From Marsupella aquatica (lineage: Eukaryota > Plantae > Marchantiophyta): a DNA stretch of 64,000 bases. Position numbers and translations under genes: made by a program. Under the pieces are notes generated by a model. It worked only from the letters and a program-made list of their open reading frames with translations, was not told where the DNA came from and made no database searches. The stretch is from positions 3,245,455 through 3,309,454 of the forward strand of contig OZ316899.1 in assembly GCA_973895155.1 (NCBI GenBank). Direction: 5' to 3'. Below, piece after piece: positions 58,116-64,000 of this stretch; the stretch's first letter is position 1, and every line of letters begins with the position of its first letter.

Positions 58116-60742
58116 ATGTTGCACACGATCCTCTCCAGCTCGGCCATTCGATTCTGGACGCAGTTCCTATCTACCGGAAGGCACTTGGCCGACGCATTGA
58201 AACACGCCAACCCGCGCCCATACGAAATCGAACGCGAGTACGAGAGAGCCACCCGCCTAGCAGGACGACACCACTACATCCTTAACTTTGACTACCCGTC
58301 TCAGAGTGAGCTTTATCGACCAGCAGAGGTATCCGGGTACTTCTTCAACGGAGACAAATATATCGGGTTCTGGGAAGCATTGCTTTGGCTTCCGGACGAG
58401 GTCTTCAATATCCCGGGTACGATCGACTTGCAACGACATCACTTTGACCACATCCCTGCTCAGGTTCGGGCTATCATCAACAGCGAGTCCAGCACTACCC
58501 GTTCGACAAGGTCGTCTGCACTCGCTTCGGAGAACTTCTACCAGCACCTACAGAGCTTCATAGGAACTCGGCCAGCAACCAACATGACCAACTCAGTCGT
58601 ACCCGTACCCGTACCCATACAACCTCAGGCTCAGCTTCAGCTTCAGCCTCAGCCGCAGCCTAGCCAAACCCCACCACCGATCGCCCAGCCAGCACAAGTA
58701 CGCTCCGTCATCAACGCTGTGGATCTTAGCAATGACGACGAGGCTACCCTACCCTTGACCAGGCGGCCCAGAGGAACAAGCGCTCAGGGGGCCGACACTA
58801 TATCGTCCCCACCCCCTGCTCTGACCCCAGGAGCGGCCCCGGCAAACAACATGGTGACCGTGGCCGACCCGGGCCCGTTACTAACGGCAGCGGCACTACC
58901 TAGGCCCGATCGGGAGGATGGGGAGGTGTCACCTTCCCCGAGCCAGTCACGGGGGAAGAAGAGGAAGGAATCCGCCACTGCATCCGGGTTACCGTTGGCC
59001 ACGGTAGCCGTGGCCAAGGTGACGATGCACCGCATGGGGGAAAACGTTCACAAAAACATCCTCCATCCCAAGCATGCGGTGTACCTGAAGACTCAGGGAT
59101 TCGAGCACCTCGCCTCCCTCCCCTGGAACACTTGCAGGTACTACGGGGAGGACATGACGGAGTTCGTCAGGAATTATGACGACGTGCGTCAACATACTCG
59201 GCTGTAGGGAAGGAGTATGTCCCTCACGGAAGAACGGCTCAGGATGATCTTCGGGTTACCCGAAGGTGACCATCGAGTCAAATCACGGGCTCCCGGGGGC
59301 AAGGGAGCCAAGTACCAATCTTCAAGTTTTCCCTCAGAGGGAGCAGTGGACAACAGGTTCGTGATGAAGACCTGCCTCATCCCCTAGATAGCTGAGCGAC
59401 TGGAGTTCCAGAGGTACGCCCTCCACATGATGGAACCCCGGGGGGAGATCTCCGCCGCCCAGGTTATCCAGGTTGAGAACTATCGACCTAGGAGGTGGGC
59501 GTCGTACTTCGCTAAGAAATTCCATGAAGAGATGGAGCGGCGAAGGAAGACGCTGTACATTGGCGGGAAGGCGTATTTCGCTAGCCACATCGAGATCATT
59601 CTTGAGTGGTACGCCCGGTTTGATTTCCCCGTGTCAACGTTACAAAGTTGGTCCCAGCTAGGTGGGTTTTCCCGGCCTTGGAGAGACGGCCCCAACCCGA
59701 GGCCCGAAGTCCAGCGGACACGCCAGCTTCACCCACCCCACCTCCACAAGTAGCTGTAGTCGTAACCAAAGAGGTACCGGATGGGTCGGTTGTCGCAACC
59801 GTTGATGCGACCCAACAAGCCGGGCTAAGTACAGAAGTCGGTACGACGGAGGTCTTACCCGAGCCAGGGTCTCCCAAAGACCTACCGGTGGCTATTCCGG
59901 AGAACCGGACATTGCTGCAGGAGGACACTCCAGCCCCTTCCAACGTTACGTCCCCAGGGCTGGACGTCACTGCCCCGGCCCCCGTGCGTGTTGATGTCTG
60001 CCCGTGCCCAACTCCGGACAGGCACAACCTGGACCACCCGGAACTCTTCGTACCGGGTACATTTCTGAACGGGCTTCTGGGAGATTTCTCTCATCAAATT
60101 GCCCGGGATACCGGGGAGTTCATGGCCCGGAAGGTAGCCTGTTTCTTCAATCAGGAGTTGGTTGTCGTAGTAAAGGCAGGTCGGGCCCAGTCAGAGGCCC
60201 TTCAGAGAATAGAGCGGTACCGGGTGGAGTCCGTGTACCTAAAGAACGAAGTTGCAGCTCAAGAGGCTGAGCTTCTGCAACTACGACCCAAGGTTGCAGC
60301 CACCGATGAGTTGTTAGCAAAGGCACACGCTCTTACCGCCCTAGCCGAACAGGCCAAAGCTGGGAACGAGACCGAGATTACACGACTCTGGAACCAGATT
60401 GACAGTTTGAAGAATCAAACTGTCACCTGGCAGAAAGACCTGGAGGAGGCCGAGGAACGGGCCCAACGGGACACGGCGGAGATAGCCACGCTATAGGCCG
60501 AGGTGGCGCGGCTCCAAACCAAGGCCGAGAAGCAGGACCAGCTGGCGGGTAAACTGACAAGTGACGCCCAGCAGCTGGAGGAGGCTTGTCAGGAGGCAGC
60601 AGAGGAGACGGACGCGGCGAGGCGAGAGAACAAATCTCTGCTGGACCAGGTCCAGCTCCTCAAGGCGGACAATGATAGGCTTCGAAGGCAGCGGGATGGC
60701 CGCTCCCATTCGGGCGGCTCTGGCAAGCGTGCCAGGCATTAG
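58116..60742 (+). pseudogene. LTR-borne accessory gene of the second family (~870 codons), disrupted
   Basis: Fragments 58116-59207, 59427-59753, 59648-60496 and 60503-60742. Premature TAG stops at 59205, ~59385 and 60494 (likely CAG>TAG) and one frameshift. Homologous blocks to ORF 49174-51621. Confidence 0.88.
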
Positions 60743-61652
60743 CAGCGGAGTAGGAATAGATTAGGATTAGGACTGGCTTAGTCAGGCTCTTGGGACAGGC
60801 ACCTACCTTAGGTACAGCAGCGCTGCCATGCTGTCCAGCCTACGTAGATTAGGATCTTCTAATAAGACACAGCCATTTTCCGGCCTGACTGTCAGCTTAG
60901 TTAGGACCTTAGTCAGCGAATCTTCGGCGAGAGGACACCCCGTCCCTCGCCCCTTAGTATTTAGTGCACCCCTCGGTAGAGGCAGGGGGGGTTTTTAGTT
61001 GCAGAGTTGGGCGTCCGCGGTATGTGCGGGGAGTCCCGACCTCTGGGAATGAAAGAGTACCAAGGGGAGGGGGTAGGACTAAGCTCGCCGGGCGAGTGCG
61101 GAGCCGGGCTCCGTTGTAGTGTGCACCCTCGGCCTTGAACCTGTTCATTCCGGGGTTGTCGGGTCAACTAAGTGTACGCATATGTTCCCTTTGTAGTAAA
61201 ATCCTTTCCCATCATTTTCCTTCGTGTAAATCGAGATTGTATGCATGTGCGCGTGTATGTGTGTGGGTTTCTCGTATATGGGTGACAGCGCCAGGCCGAA
61301 CGCACTACCCGAGACGTGCACAGGGTGCAGCCTGCGGGTAAGTGGTTGCGAGCACGGGTTGAGGACCTGTATCATCGAATCCGGATCGAAGGCGGACAGC
61401 ACGAAGGCTTAGAAGCCCTTAAGCCGGGGTCGATCCTGCTATCGACTAAGGTACATTCCGGCGGCGGAACACAAACCATACCTAGGAGGTGTCCGTATTT
61501 AGCAGTATGCGCACTTAGCGCTAGTTTACGAGAATAAGGTGCATTACGTGCTTCCCTTCCTGCCCGAACCCTCAGATTTACGAGGGATGTGCCCGTCTAA
61601 GCTGAAGTCTGAGTTAAGGCCGCAGCCGATGACGTGACATAGCCTTTGTTTT

Positions 61653-61670
61653 TGGCGCTAGATGGAGGGG
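61653..61670 (+). promoter_or_regulatory. Primer-binding site, tRNA-Asn type
   Basis: TGGCGCTAGATGGAGGGG, 13 nt after the LTR end. Confidence 0.8.
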
Positions 61671-61763
61671 GCACTCTACATATCGTAGAGGGGAGACATG
61701 TGCGTATTCACCTAGGCAGGATACATCAGGACGTAGTACTAACCATCGCATTTATATGAGTAA

Positions 61764-64000
61764 ATGCCCGTCACTCGTTCTCAAGCAGCTTACTTGAGGA
61801 GATTGACCAGCGAACGAGAAAGTGCAACCACGACAAGTTCCGATTCTTCGGACTCGGAAGACTCGCACTCGCCCCGACGTATGAACATACCCCCGGGACC
61901 TTCGGGGTCCGGTTCGACCGGTCCTCCTGCGGTTCCACCGCCACCACCACCACCACCACCACCTATGGCAGCCGCTCCACCGATGGCCCGCGCTGCTCAA
62001 GCTCCTCCACAAATATCGCAACGATCACGATTTCATTATTGACCTTTCAAGAGGCGTCATGGGGATGATCCGAATGAATGGTTGGATGAGTTTGAAGCCA
62101 CTGCTAAAGCTAATGGGGAAGATGCCATTAAGCTAACCATCCTCCCAGGAGTGATGCGGGGAGAAGCTCGTCCATGGTACAACTCGTTGCCAGCCGGGAC
62201 TACATGGGCACAATTCCAAGCTGCATTGCTGCAGGAGTTTCGTGCCATTGGATCGGAACAGCGTTCTCTATTAAAGATTGGCCAGCTTTGCATGGGAAAG
62301 AAGGAGTCCCTGCGGAAGTTCATTCAAAAGTTTCAGAAACTTGCGGCCAAGATTCGGCCCAGGCCGGGAGACGCGCTCCAGCTTACATGGTTCCTTCATG
62401 GTTTGCCCACGAATATGCAATTCTGGGTATGCCAGAATAATCCGATTTCAATGCAGGCGGACATAGCGTGCGCCGAAACTTACCGGGAGTCCATCTATAA
62501 CTCCCGGCAGAGCCAGCGAGCACGCCGCAAGAAGGGTAAGTACGAGACCTTCAGTGACAGTGACTCCGAATCGGACGATGAGAGGAAGAAGAAACGCAAG
62601 AAGAAAAAGAAACATCGTTCGACCTCGTCCAGCTCGGAGACGGAATCCAGTTCGGATTCAGCTTCAAGCACCGGATCCTCTACCTCCAGTTCATCAGGAA
62701 GTGACTCGGTGAGCGAAAGCCGGAGCAAAAAGAAGAAGAGACGAGTGAAGAAGGAGGGGAAGATCAAACCCGGGGCGCAAAGAACGATACCAGATCCAAA
62801 GGTTGCCGAAGCAGACAAGCTGAACGAAATCACGGATCGACTCAAAGCACTGTCAGTACATCTTGCGGAAAAGCCGGTGGAGAAGAAGAAGCCATCTGAG
62901 ATTTGAGCCCATGCGTGGTGTTCAAAGTGCTTCCAATCCGGCCATGTGGTGCAGGAATGTCCAAGGTGGAAGAATCGAGTTCACCAAGTAGAGCTGGATG
63001 ATGTTGACAACCCGGGTCCCGAATCGGAGTCCACGGAGTATTTCTTTGAGGACCCTCCTGATTCCGTGTACCAGATTTCAACAGTAGGCCCGCGTAATTT
63101 AGCGGGTAGAACTGCGTACCCCTACCCAAATAGTGGCCGGAGTTTCCAGGTTATCAGTAACCCGAGCATCCCTCCTAAGCCAGGGATTTGGCGATCCCCG
63201 GTTTGTTATAACTGTGAAAAGCCAGGACACTTTGCAAGGGAATGCACCGAACCAAGACGTCAGGGAATGGCCGAGGCACCCCACTATGTCAAGTCTGCAA
63301 AACGGAGGCTCATTCCACGGCCAACTGTCCGTTGGTAATCGCTGCTCGAACAAGCGCAGCTAGACCGGCCCAGGCTGGACCGGCCACGAGCGATGCAGTC
63401 GTCCAAATGATTGCTGTAGAATGGCAAGATGACAACACCGAGTGGGTGAATTTGGTGGACGTAGCAGAGCACCCTGATCCATTGGATGAGGCCGAGTGCT
63501 ACCGAGTGTCGACAAGGGCCGAACGGAAGGAAGAGAAGACGGAGGAGAAACGAAGGAAAAAGCAAGATACTACTCCGGTGCAACCAGCGATAGATATACC
63601 CCCGGAGAAGGACGATGACTACCGACGGGACGACCCAAAGCTATTTTTCCCCCACATCAAAGAATTGGTAAAGAAACAGCTGGAGGCCTACGAAGCTCGG
63701 GAATACCAGAAGGCAATCGATAAGGACATCAAAGCAGCCGAGACCGCCCGGCGCCAAGAGCAAGAGGAGCAAGAAAAGCAAGAGGAAGCCAAGCTGCAGC
63801 CGAAAGAGGATAAAAAGGAGAACTACAATATTAAGGAAGACGTGAAGAGTTGCCCGGTTACAACGACGGTGGGGCAACTGCTGCAGAACAACCCACAGTA
63901 CAGACGGCAACTAAGGGAGTTGCTCATGGGTCGCCGAAGGAGGAGACTACCCCGAGTTGGGATCGCGGACTGCAACATGATATGCGAGGACCTTGGAGCG
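61764..64000 (+). pseudogene. gag: gag and start of pol, disrupted
   Basis: MPVTRSQAAYL..., DDPNEWLDEFEATAKANGEDAIKL, CSKCFQSGHVVQEC, CYNCEKPGHFAREC. CGA>TGA stops at 62040 (Y*PFK vs YRPFK) and 62904 (EI*AH vs EIRAH). Confidence 0.92.

Larger units (their letters stand above)
57652..64000 (+). mobile_element. Related non-chromovirus Gypsy element (second family), continuing past the window end
   Basis: 3988-bp 5' LTR TGTGACG (57652)...CGTGACA (61639); the same tRNA-Asn PBS at 61653-61670; gag homologous to 46320-48076. Confidence 0.93.

Overview
This is plant-type repeat-dense DNA with no intact host gene. I infer a non-seed land plant, possibly a bryophyte, from the transposon lineages and a captured BBR/BPC fragment. 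Left to right: (1) A young non-autonomous Copia-type LTR element (25-3778; identical 142-bp LTRs, ACTGG TSD) carrying a decayed copy of a host BASIC PENTACYSTEINE (GAGA-binding) gene, inserted in an Athila-like LTR. (2) A 5'-truncated L1-clade LINE. (3) A degenerate Gypsy element whose polyprotein has the C-terminal motifs of a C5-cytosine DNA methyltransferase in frame before RT and a PHD finger after integrase; it is split by a 4.7-kb solo LTR that itself holds a nested solo LTR. (4) A truncated chromovirus-like Gypsy. (5) Nested solo LTRs and a non-autonomous CACTA element. (6) An intron-containing Plavaka-type transposase pseudogene. (7) A full-length 13.8-kb non-chromovirus Gypsy (38264-52028, minus strand, CTCTT TSD) with 3.8-kb LTRs. 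(8) A related element running off the right edge. The most striking pattern is that these giant LTRs each contain their own ~800-codon gene (novel N-terminal domain, PMD-like domain, Pro-rich linker, coiled coil), conserved at the protein level across at least three diverged families here. All domain calls come from motif recognition by eye; no database searches were run.
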